Origin: Hemiscyllium ocellatum
Lineage: Eukaryota
Assembly (NCBI RefSeq): GCF_020745735.1
Contig: NC_083405.1
Span: 28,052,345-28,116,344, forward strand
Length of the DNA: 64,000 nucleotides
Direction of reading: 5' to 3'
The notes under the pieces are model-generated. The model made no database searches. It was not told the DNA's origin and saw nothing but the letters and a program-made list of their open reading frames with translations. Of this stretch, positions 1-11,100 are shown one piece after another. Position 1 is the first letter of the stretch, and the number at the start of each line of letters is the position of its first letter. Position numbers and translations under genes: made by a program.

Positions 1-663
1 TTGTCATTGGCCCTGCACTGTTATAGTCCATATTTCCAGAGGAAGGATGACCAAGGTGGGTTAGACTGAAAAGGGAAGGCCCAGAGCTTGGCATGGATTC
101 CACAAAGTTTCCTCCAACATAGACTGGGCTACCCTGTAAATGAGGAGTTCCATAGCCACCATTGCCTTGAAGAGGGTGTGTGTCATACTCAGGCGTCACA
201 GCTGCAGTCCCAGCATACCTCTTCTGTGGAGGTGGGCAACTGTTGAGGGGCCCAGGATAAGACGTAGGAATAGCATAGGCATTTTGATGAGGTTTACTGA
301 AGGACGTAGGCGAGTGTGGGTCATATGGAGCACTGGTTGTCAAGGAATGCATTGAGTTTACATATCCTCCTGCAGCTGATGGTGGGATGGGGCTTCTACA
401 GGGTGACTGTCCACCAGAAGAAGTTAGCATGCCTTTCGCTTTTTGATCCTTTTTGTACTTCATTCTCCGATTTTGGAACCAAATTTTAATCTGTCTTTCA
501 GTGAGGTTTAACAGGTTGGCCATTTCAACCCTCCTCGGCCTACAAAGATAGCGGTTAAAGTGAAACTCCTTCTCCAGTTCTACCAGTTGGGCACTGGTGT
601 ATGCTGTGCGTGCCCTCTTGGAGGCTGGACCCGGAGGACTCTTTTCACCAGCAGAACTTTCAA
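1..663 (-). CDS. hoxa3: Homeobox protein Hox-A3, coding exon 2 (homeodomain; continues past the window start)
   Basis: Acceptor ctccag| at 664. Manual translation (V)[74 protein letters not shown] is a paralog-group-3 homeodomain, followed by the [10 protein letters not shown] motif near 110-140. Confidence 0.96.
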
Positions 664-2047
664 CTGGAGATAAAGAAAACAAAGTTTCCATCAGTCATTG
701 GGAATTCTAGATGTTGCAAATATGTCACACAATTTATAGAATAATACTCTATAACATTGCTTGAATTATTTTCAATAACTTACATTAACATATTAATCCA
801 AAATCATAACTACATATTCTCTATCTCCAAAAACATATGTAACTTTACTAATTTCTTCAGCTATTACACTTAATAATAGAGATATGATCATGCACAAACC
901 ATTAGTTATCTCAACTAGAATGTTCTGTTTTGAATCAGGAATGCCAAAACAACACTCCAATTTGATTTGTGCTACAATCACTCGAACCAGCATTTTAAAA
1001 ACAGCAATATATTCAAAGGGCATTGTATTGGCAGCTTATATAGATATCTAATTACTAATTGGGGGCATTTACTTAAATGTAAACCTGACTTCTTTGTTAC
1101 CTGAATCAACTTACATGCAAATGTAAGCCAACAACTATGACTGCCCTTCCTCCACTCATAAGAATTCACTCCTTTATGTCACAATTGTATCAAAAATGAT
1201 AAGAAAGTTCATCTTAAAGTGATTGTGTGACAGCTAAGAAACATTTGACAAGCAATATTTGATTATATGCCAACTACAAGTACTGGTGAATCAAATCTTC
1301 TCATCATAATTTTGAAGTAAACATGGCAAATGTTGGAAACACACAGCAAGCATCTCTGGAGAGAATACAGAATTAAGATTTCATTAGAACTGGAGAAAAC
1401 TTAAATGTAATATATTCATTTAAGTGAAAGGGAAAATGTTGGACAATGAATTAGCTTAATAGCTATTCATCTATAACTTATCCTAGTACTGAGGAAACAT
1501 CACCAATCTGAAATGTAATCACTGATTCTCTTCCCACAGATGTTGCCAGGCCTTCTGTTTTCTCTAGCATTGTCTGTCTCATTTCATATTTTCAACATCT
1601 GAATATGGCATGTTTTGAGTTATGTTACCCTAACCAATTGGAGTCCACAGAATTATTATAGTTCATACAAAATTGATGACAACTGTACATGTTCTGAGTT
1701 AATATATGTATCTAAATGCATTTAATTTGAATCCCACAAATGTATATCTGATATTTAACCTCACAAAATCATTTTGACCAATGCAAGCAGTTCACTTGTT
1801 TACAAATGAATTGGGATCATCTGCATGCATAAATTTCCATATATGTTGATAAGCAATAGACACTACAACTTCAGTTCTATATATTTCCTATTAAAACTAA
1901 GAATTCAATATATGATATCACTTCAATCCAAACCCTTGGTTTTTATATGTTTAACTGTCAATGAGTGAAATGTAAGCACATTGCTAGAGATTTGAATGTT
2001 TATATTATGTAAATACATCACATCTCCTTAGATCTATATCATTATAT

Positions 2048-2252
2048 TAGGGTGGTGCTGGAAAAGCACAGCAGATCAGGCAACATACGAGGAGCAGGAA
2101 AATCGATGTTTCGGACAAAAGCCCTTCATCAGGAAACTTTTGCCTGAAACGTCGATTTTTCTGCTCCTCGGATGCTGCCTGACCTGCTGTCCTTTTCCAG
2201 CATCACCCTAATCTAAACTCTGGTTTCCAGCATCTGCAGTCCTCACTTTTGC
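2048..2252. mobile_element. Truncated Penelope-like retroelement end arranged as an inverted repeat, with 14-bp target-site duplication
   Basis: Arms about 2048-2121 and 2137-2210 are reverse complements. Flanked by identical CTATATCATTATAT at 2034-2047 and 2253-2266. Contains CTGATGAAGGGCTTTTGTCCGAAAC on the minus strand. Family assignment is from recalled resemblance to a common shark repeat. Confidence 0.8.
2103..2134 (-). ncRNA. Minimal hammerhead ribozyme core, probably inactivated
   Basis: CUGAUGA-A-[GGGC UUUU GUCC]-GAAAC-AUC. The opposite arm retains GAAACGUC, suggesting a G-to-A change next to the cleavage site in this copy. Confidence 0.6.
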
Positions 2253-2370
2253 CTATATCATTATATGCATATGCAAACCATCAATGGTTCTCTGGGACTT
2301 TAGTGACTTTACCCTTTTTTAAAATAAAACGTCATTATTATATAACTGGGAAAGTTAAAATAAATGTGGA

Positions 2371-2710
2371 TTTTTTTTAACTTGTCATGGGACATGGGTC
2401 CCACTGGCTAAGCCAGCATGTGTCATTTTCCCTAATTGCTCGAAGGCAGTCAGAAGGTAAACTATTTCACATTCAGATCATACCAGGTAAGGTTGCTGAT
2501 TTCCTTTTCTAAAGGACATTAGTGAACCAGATGGGTGTTTTCAACAATCAGCTGTGGTTTCATGGGTATCATTAGGGTAGCCTTTTCATTTGAGATATCC
2601 ATCCATTTCATTTTCTACCACAAATGCATTGGAATCCTTGGCCTCAGAACATTAGCCTGCAGCTCTGGATTACTAGTGCAATGACATTATTCCTACATCA
2701 CCGGCTCCCC
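2371..2710 (-). mobile_element. Degenerate tRNA-derived shark SINE
   Basis: Minus strand starts GGGGAGCCGGTGATGTAGG with degenerate A- and B-box-like motifs (GGATTCCAATGC) and ends at an A-rich tail. The internal ...ctaaaggacattagtgaaccagatggg... resembles a common elasmobranch SINE as recalled. Confidence 0.65.
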
Positions 2711-3221
2711 ATTTTCTACCAGTGAGAATGTCCATTCATAAGGAAGATTATGGGTGAGAGAAAGGGAAGGGCGAGGCAGAGAGAGAGAAGAGGAAAGTGG
2801 GAAGAAACGGGGCTGGATGTGTGAAGGATACATTACTGGAGATTGAAATGTCTATGTAAATATGTATCAATATGTTGCATCTCCTTAAATCTATACCATT
2901 ATATACATTTACAAAACACCTATGGCCCTCTGAGACACACTTGTCCAACTGTTTCCTGGTATTGTACAGTTTAATTGTCTAATTTAAATTGAATACATAT
3001 TAGTTTCATTCTTCGTTAATGAAATGCTTTATGATTGTTTGATAATGACCCATATATTATTTTAGGTCACTGTTCCACAGGATTGAAAGGATTTAGTTGT
3101 TCAGATATTATTGAGATGAAGGCAATGCCTATATAATTGAAGTGGCTCAATTAGCAACTTCACTCACTGTAACAATGCTATGTCAATTGGTAATCAAAAG
3201 GTTAGACATGACATTTTATAC

Positions 3222-3681
3222 CTGAACTGGAACTGCTGGTTTTTTGCTTGGCGTTTTGGCGCGACTCTTTCATCCAGGGGAATATTTGTTTACTGATAGT
3301 TGTTTGTGAGGTAAGTGTAGGATTTTTGTTTGTGCTGGACTGGGTCGAGTTGTTGCTGGTATTCTGGGGTGGTGAGACAGAGGATGGTGGTGGTGGTGGA
3401 GGTGGTGGCTGCTTCTGTTGCTGCTGCTCTGCAATGGCTGCGTGGTGGCTCGGTTGGCTGGCACTGGTTCGCATGCAACTTTCATTGATATCGTTGGGTT
3501 TGTGATGGGGGACAGTGTTAGCCGGTGACTGCAGAGAGCAGGCCGGCCGATGATAGTCATTTTCCACATGAGAAGAAGGCGGATATTGTTGCTGACTGGC
3601 ATTGTAGTTAAAACCATTTGTTCCTTGGTATGTGTAACCTCCGAAAATTGCAGAGCTGTCGTAGTATGTCGCTTTTTGCAT
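3222..3681 (-). CDS. hoxa3: Homeobox protein Hox-A3, coding exon 1
   Basis: [17 protein letters not shown]-terminus and [11 protein letters not shown] hexapeptide; donor TCAG|GTATAA at 3222/3221; 460 nt (phase 1), joins exon 2 in frame. Confidence 0.96.
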
Positions 3682-3754
3682 CTCGTTGTTTCCCAATATT
3701 TATTTCGCAAACTGACAGGGTCTTGACACCCTTATAGAATAACATTGGCACCCT

Positions 3755-3820
3755 GTGTCACGTGACTCTCTTCTTCCAATGGCCTCTTCGGGTAGACCTG
3801 GGGTTACAAGAAACAAAACC
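3755..3820 (-). promoter_or_regulatory. hoxa3 proximal element: GTCACGTGAC E-box, CCAAT, and splice acceptor for upstream non-coding exons
   Basis: gtcacgtgac at 3757-3766, ccaat at 3776-3780, pyrimidine tract plus ccccag| acceptor with the exon starting at 3797. Confidence 0.65.
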
Positions 3821-6800
3821 ATAATGGCGAAATGGTACAAATCCATCTTACTTTCAATAGCAACTGACATGAAAAGCCATAAAAAGTGTGCTGCAATATT
3901 TGGTCACACAGTTTTAGCCCTGGGCAACCTGCGTGTAACAATCGTTTAAAACTGACTCTCAGCAGTAACTGCTCAGTGTGGTTGCGCAGCAAACGATCGG
4001 TAGCTGCAGATTCCAGCCTTTTACTTTTATTTTGTCTCTTCGGGGAAATACAATGCTACATAAGGGTTCATATGTGACATGGATTTCGGTAGGTTCAATC
4101 AGGAACAGCGTTCTTCTTAGGTCGTTGAAAAGAAGAACCACTGTTTGTATATACAGATAATTTTTTTCAAGCCAACGTTTAGGGCATGTTAAAACTTTGC
4201 ATTATGTATATCTGTGCAAAACAGGACTCATTTGCAAATATATGATTCGTTACAACTCCAAGCAGATCGAATGCCGTGAAATTTTAGCCAGTGATTAGTT
4301 AATGATTTGTTTAAAAGTGAAAACGAAAGAAACCAACTTTAGCAGTTCAAACTCTCTCCAATGAAACACAATAATGTAAGCTCTACGTTAGGTATGGATT
4401 TACATAAATTCAAATGATATCTAGCAGCTAAGTTATGGCGCATTGTTTAAACGCTATTGTTTAAAAAGCATTAAAAATAGGTATTTACAGATGTTGCCGC
4501 TGTCTGAATGGTTGTGTTAACATGCATTTGTACATTCCTCTCGTGTAATAGACACCACTAGTGTTGCAATGAAACTGTTTCTCTAGAGAAGCGCCTCGTT
4601 TTAAAATATTGTTACGCCTTTCTATAATCCGAGACTTGGAACAAGCACTACATTAAGTGCGCAGTGGCTGATATCAAGGCACTTAAACTAGTATTTGCTT
4701 TTGCTCCCCAGATTTATCCACAGTGGCAAGCAGAAATGTCTTGCTTTTTGTTCGTTCCACTTTTAGCAGGTCACCATTTGGTCTGGCGGAAATTTCCAAG
4801 CGTTCCTTTTAATGTTTGAATTCTACCTGCTAAAAGCATGATGGATCGCGAAGGGAGTAGGAACCTGAAAAACTGGCGTACTTCTGCATGACCACGGTGT
4901 GAACTTTTCTTCCAACCAAACGATAATAGGCTCTGTCTCTGAAACTGCTCTTAATTTGATGTATGGGGGTCATTGGGCCGGGAGAAAACTTGAGCTCCCA
5001 ACCCACAGAAAGTGCCTGCATCATCAGAAACCGGCAGCAAATATAGCACTACTCTTTTCGCTCAGTTCATTTAATTATCATCTTTTGAAGAATACAGCCC
5101 TGATATCTCTTTTAAAAAGTAGTTTCATCTGCCTCTCGCAGGGAACTAAATTAGTTAAATGGACAAAACGGAATTAGTTTTACATTGTGGATACAAAGCT
5201 CAGTTTTTGGGCCTGTGAATTTTGTTTCATCTACAAAAAAAATCCGATATTTTGTCACGGATGTACCCTTTTTAGCCTGTTAAGATGACTATAGTTCAGT
5301 TGTCATAAGGAGATTTTTCTTTATTTTCAGAAAGATATATGGCCTAGGCGAGCAAACCATTGTGTGCTAGGCCTTTCTTTGCTGCCGCCGCACTCATACA
5401 AAGGAGAATACACTGATACAGCGAGCCCATCCATTTTGTGGGCCTGTTAGGAAAATATTTCAAGCTCCTGGTGAATAAGGTTCCACTGCACGTTTTAAAC
5501 CTGGCCATTTAAAGCAATGCTTCCGCGTGTTGGGTTCAAACTTATTGACCAACCTTCTCAAATCTAATACAGTCTTAGGTTTCTGTAAAACATATTTCAC
5601 AACTTTCGATTGAATATGACCTGAACTTGGAGCTGTCTTCAAATCTACTGCAGTTGTTAAAGCTGTAAGAGGAAGGAACCTCACCATGTCAGGCTGAGTG
5701 GCATGAAATGTAGTTTTTAAAGTGCATTTTGCTGCTTCTGGGACTGAAAATTTGAAGCAACGAAAGTGCCTTTGAAAAATCTTTGCAATGTCCTGTCCTT
5801 AAACTGAATGGCCTGCCATTATTGTGGTTTGGAGCACTTAATGCTCCCGAAGCATTTTGTAAAGTTGAAACCATTAAAAAGTGGTGAGCCCCCAACTGTG
5901 GAGTGCTGCGCCTGAATCCGCAGGCCTCTGGATGGGTTTAACAGGCTGGTTCCCATTGTAGAGAACAGTAGCACACAAGTTATTTAAGATGGGCTTTCTC
6001 TTTAAAACTGGTGTCAAGAATGTATTTAATTTTGAAATATTATCAAAATTCGTTCTCAAGCACGCAGCCATAAACTGTGAGGGGGAAATGTGGTGGTTTG
6101 CTTCTTTTGTTGTGAAAAGAGTTATTGGCAATCTTTCATAATCAGTGCCCACACCTCAGAATTTTCCTGTGGTTTCCCGGACTTGCGTGGTCTCCGCCAT
6201 TTTTTTTCTCGACACAAACATAAGCTTGCTCACCTGTGCAAACGCATCTCATTCTCCGCAACCCCACCTTAGTACTTCTTCACTACCCTCGACTTTTTTT
6301 AAAAAGAAAACATCGCTCAAGAATACTGTTCCAATTCTATCTATATGTTTCAACGTAGACATGCTTTGTCACTGTAAACTGACACGTTGTATTACTAAGA
6401 CGCAAGCTATGTTACTCTAACATACTCTTCCCGCTGCCAATCAGACAACAAAGCAGGGAAAAAAAACTTTCTCTGTTGGAGTGGTGGAGTAATGACAAAC
6501 TTTTGACATGTATTGCTTTAATGTGAACCTTTTCCAACTACTTGTCCAGCCAACCCTGGCAGGGATATATATCTGTACATATAATTGCCCCTTTCAACAG
6601 CTTTTCGCATTCCCCACAACACTACCAAGTGTAAACACGGTAAAAACAAGGGGGGAAATAGTAGAAAAGAAAGCACTGGCGCTCAGAATCTACCAGAGCA
6701 GTAGTAAATGTTTCTTGGTGCATGTGTATAGGTGCCTCAGGCGAGACAGTAGGCTGCAATAAATTCACAAAACTTGGAAAATGGAGAAGAAAATATCAGC

Positions 6801-6888
6801 GGCGCAGGAGAAACAGAAAGTAGAATTAAAAGATTTGAATTCAAAGCCTACGGGTATCAGTCAGGATTTGAAAGGAAGCTATACTATG

Positions 6889-6905
6889 TGAACTCTTCTT
6901 GAACC
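6889..6905 (-). promoter_or_regulatory. DR5 retinoic acid response element 5' of hoxa3
   Basis: GGTTCA-agaag-AGTTCA on the minus strand, with an adjacent Pbx/Hox site TGATTTATGA at 6924-6933. Confidence 0.85.
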
Positions 6906-6987
6906 GAGATTTAAGTCATATGGTCATAAATCACTGGGACATAAACTCCGCCATTCACCAGTGATAGCCTATTTGTGTCCAGCTTAC

Positions 6988-7113
6988 CTTAGCCTCTGAC
7001 GATAGACGCGGACCACGGCACAATATTTGCAGATTCACCAGGGAAATCGATAAGCAGGAGTTTCAAAACTTCCAAATTAAGTAGAATGAAGGCAAACAGT
7101 TTACTCTTACACG
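6988..7113 (-). other. Putative internal 5'-UTR (non-coding) exon of hoxa3
   Basis: Acceptor ctttcag| at 7114 and strong donor AAG|GTAAGC at 6988/6987; no transcript evidence available. Confidence 0.4.
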
Positions 7114-7899
7114 CTGAAAGTCACTGGTTGACGACAACGACAAATGGGGAAGGGAAAATGGTAGAGCGGCAAAGAACAGGCGAGAAGACTCTAGCTTTTG
7201 GATGGACAGCCCTGTGATTATGGTAGCGTGCCCTGGTCAGGGAGATAAGACTGCTATCAGCTTTCCTGGCTGCTCTTATCTAATACCAAAGAAATGGGGT
7301 ATGTTTCTTATGAATATTGAATGGTCAAAGCGCGGATTTTAAATTTGCTGTCTGGCAGTACTGAACAGACAGGCTCAGTAAACTCCCCCGAAACATAGCG
7401 TCACAAGTGAAAATTATGCAAATTAACCAGCGCGGAGGACACAAGCACACTGGTTTGGCAATCATTGAATCTTTACAATCATAACTTGAATCAAAACCTT
7501 ACCCTTTAAATCAACTCACATTTTAATCATATTGATATTGACGTAAAATAAAGGAATGCACTATTCGAGTGTGCGTTTACTCTTCCGCGTTGAGAGCACT
7601 GTACTAACTTTTATTAACACCTTGTTGTAAAGAAAAGCCTTTGTTTGAAGTACAGCTTGAGAATAGTGCGGAAGAAATATGGCACCAGGGTGAAAACACA
7701 GCCTTGTTTCAAACAGGTTCAATTGGTTCTAAAGCAGGGCCTTTTTTTTCTCTTCCGTAGTCAATGAAGAAAAGGTGTTAACAACGCTGAAGTAAAAGTG
7801 TTTCAGACATAGGAGCGAAAAGTTACACATCAGAAGCAAAACCGAGGCAAAGGAGGCGAGAACTGAAGGAGCTATAGTCACCCCTAATGCATACCAATG

Positions 7900-8162
7900 C
7901 TTCTGTCGTTTATGGCTACGTAAGATTTATGACTTCATGCACTAAGGCTGTAAACAGAGCACTAAAGTGAAAACACTTGCTCCTATCGCTTATTGCGATG
8001 CAACTGCATGAAAGGGGAAGCCAAACAGCGTAGGAGGCAAGATAGGGACAAAAATTCACTCGTTTGCAACTTTTCAAGTAAGCCGCTCAGTGTTCTATCT
8101 GTGGTGAAGCACTTTATTGTCAATGAACAGTCCTAGCACTTTCTTAAAGTGCTGACTTCAAC
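7900..8162. promoter_or_regulatory. Probable hoxa3 rhombomere 5/6 enhancer (MafB/kreisler, Meis/Prep and Hox-Pbx sites)
   Basis: AT-flanked Maf half site aaagTGCTGACttca at 8146-8160, TGACAA (minus strand) at 8117-8122, AGATTTATGA at 7923-7932. The position upstream of hoxa3 fits the known vertebrate enhancer. Confidence 0.55.
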
Positions 8163-11100
8163 TTTTTCCCTCTTTCTCTGGCGATCGCAGGAAGGTAGCA
8201 TAAAGTAATGTCACGATGCTGGATTTTAAAAAAAATACTTGTTATAACTTGGGCTAGTTCAGTGAAATTTAATTAAGAAGCGACTGGAAAGAAAGTGAAA
8301 GCGCCCGTTTATGTGAGGGTGTCTTCCAACATCTTCGGGAGCTTGCTGGGTACAGTGAATTCAAATTCTCGATTAGAAACGTTTTACGCCATTCGGGACT
8401 GCCGACTCTCCCTGCGTCCACTCGCTAAGTTTTGCAGAGAGCAAGTGAATGCTAAGAGCAGAGAACGTATGGGTTGATTTGAGCGATAAGATGCTATGCT
8501 TTTATGCCAGGTGTTGAGAATTTATTACAACGGCCATAACTTCCATTTTTAAAAACATCTTGCTCGAGATTGGAAGACCATAACCAAAAGTTTATATTTC
8601 CGCCAGCCATCTTTAATACTTTCATATTCTGCCTGCTATGAATTAGTATCCATTTTAAGGCCTAGAATGCATGCTTTATGGCTGTATGTAATTCCTTCTG
8701 TAATTGTTACATTTATGTTTATTTTTGAGCTATTCTGAAATCTACATGTAAAAGTATGGTGTGGTCATTTTATTTCACTGGTCGCTTGCGGTTGGGTTAA
8801 TAAAGTGTTCTTGTAATGTCAGCATGTGCGATTGCAACGATCATATGTATTTTTAAAATTCAGAATAGTACAGACAACTCACCGAAAGTTCGTCAGTCTC
8901 ACTGAAAAGTCTCTGGCTGTAGAATTGTTATTTAGAATATAGTCTGGAACGGAAACGAGAAACCATTAATTGCCACCGAATAAAAAAAAGGCGTCGGTCG
9001 ACTGAGAAACTGAGCAATTCTTGCCTTGACTAAATCGGCGTGGCTTATTAACGAAAATAAATCAACCTAGCTTTTTGAATCAATTTTACACCTAACATAG
9101 CCTTCTGATCAAAGGGAAAATGCTATCTGAGGGACGTTGAGGTTTTTTTTGTGAAATATTTTATGAAAATTAGAAGCCGAGGATGGATCTTGCAGATTTT
9201 CTGTACGAAATCGGTGATAAAGCATTCTTACGTGTGCATCTTTTTGAAGTACATTTGTGCTAATGCAACTCTCATTTGCTCTCAAACACTGTAAAAGACT
9301 TGTATTATTTATGTGTGTTTAATATTGACAAGTTTGCATCAGGGTTGGATCATAAATCAGGGGAAAATGCTGTAACCGAACTGTAATTAAATTTTACATG
9401 TATTTACCAAAACCCTTTGCCCAGTGTTTGCATTTAACTTTGGATCGGTCGGATTGAGTGGGGCCTGACTAAAAACTGGCGAAATAATGCAAAAATTTAA
9501 ACAGAGAGGCCGAAACAAGAGTTCAACGTCAATGAGGCCAAAAATATCAATTCTTAACAATGATAATTTCACTGGCATTACACATTTCGAAATATGATAT
9601 CTGATAAACTAATGATATCCTCAAATACATATATTGAATTCAGATATATGTGGCGAAAGGCCCAATATATAGGACAGAAGATAACTTTGCTTATCCACGG
9701 TATCTTTTTGTTATCCACACCCCAAGCCACCCCAGCCGATTTGATTTTATTTCGCGAGATTGGTAGAGTTTCGGTAGAGTACTGATCCGACTATCAATAA
9801 TTGCCAATGTGATTTGTCATATATAAAAAGAAGTAAAGCATTCGTTAAAGCAGATTGCATTGGCACGGCTGTCCCAGCACACCGAAAACATAAATCAAAT
9901 CGCAACACTCTGACCTTTCCTGAGGAGGACTCGCTGGTGGGTGCAATTTTATACAACACTTGCACCCCCAGCATCACATAACGAATCTGTTTCCACCCTT
10001 TTATTCATCCTGCATGTATTCTTTTTTTAAAAAGACAGAATTAGCCTATACTGTCTAGCGTTTTAATTTATTTCGTTAAATTCTTCAGGCAATCAGTTTT
10101 CCAATGCAACGACGGCCTGCTAGTAAATAATCCCCAGATTGAACCTAGTTTATAACCTTACATTAATCAAACGCTACCATTGTGGAGATGAGCAAATAGA
10201 GGCAATTTTTAGGCAACAATGATTTTTTTTTAAAAATGTCAACTTTTGATTAACAATCTTATTGTTTCACAAAATCACTACACGTCCCATTTAGAAGCAT
10301 AAAATGCAGTGCTCATCCATTAAATGGTGTGATTCATTGAGATTTTAACAACGCACATAGTAACGTTAAACCTAAATAACCTCATTCTAGAGACACTACA
10401 ATCCACAAATTAGCTGACTGTATTTCTAAAATGGACGAAGAATCATTCGTTGAAGCACATTACTTAATGAATAAAATGCCAGAATAAATAAGTATGTGTT
10501 TATCCTCATGTGATACGGTAGTAATTCCTATTAACAGGTATTAGAGCTAGATATATTGGCGTCCCATTCAATGTTATAAACATAAGATGTTTTGTTTGTA
10601 CATATTCGAGCATAGAGCGGCCATTGACAGGATTTCAATATTCGATTGTTCGTGTTTCAAGGAACAACACATGCATGTGATCCGAGCAATATCCTACGAA
10701 ATAATTTCTATTATATTTCCCATCTGGAGATAAAATATTATTGGAAATGGATTATGTGCCGAAGCATAGATAAAAGGGGAAACTAAGCGTGTTCTGGTAC
10801 ATTCTGACACCCGTAAGTCTTTTCACTGACCTTTGCCTTGAACAGCAATAACTCACCATATTAATGAACAATCAACGGAAGCATTTGGAATACCTCAAAA
10901 TAAAATCCATTCCGCTAAATGCAGCATCTCGTCCTGCTCGCATATATTCCTTCATGTGAAATCCAGTGCCCAGAGTGCAATCTCTTTAGAAGAAAATAGC
11001 TGGCTCTTAACAGAAAGTGGAAAAGCGTAATCACAGCCGAAGCCAGCATAGGTCTCCCATCCAAATGCCACAATAATGCGCTGTATTATGTGCTCACGTG

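Noticed and set aside
3248-3710. Antisense and alternative-frame ORFs over Hox exons, here and at hoxa4, a5, a6, a7 and a9
   Set aside because: Shadows of the real coding frames and their low-complexity codons.
10827-10844. TGACCT...TGAACA nuclear receptor direct repeat
   Set aside because: The spacer is 6 nt and the second half site is imperfect, so it is not a canonical DR1, DR2 or DR5.
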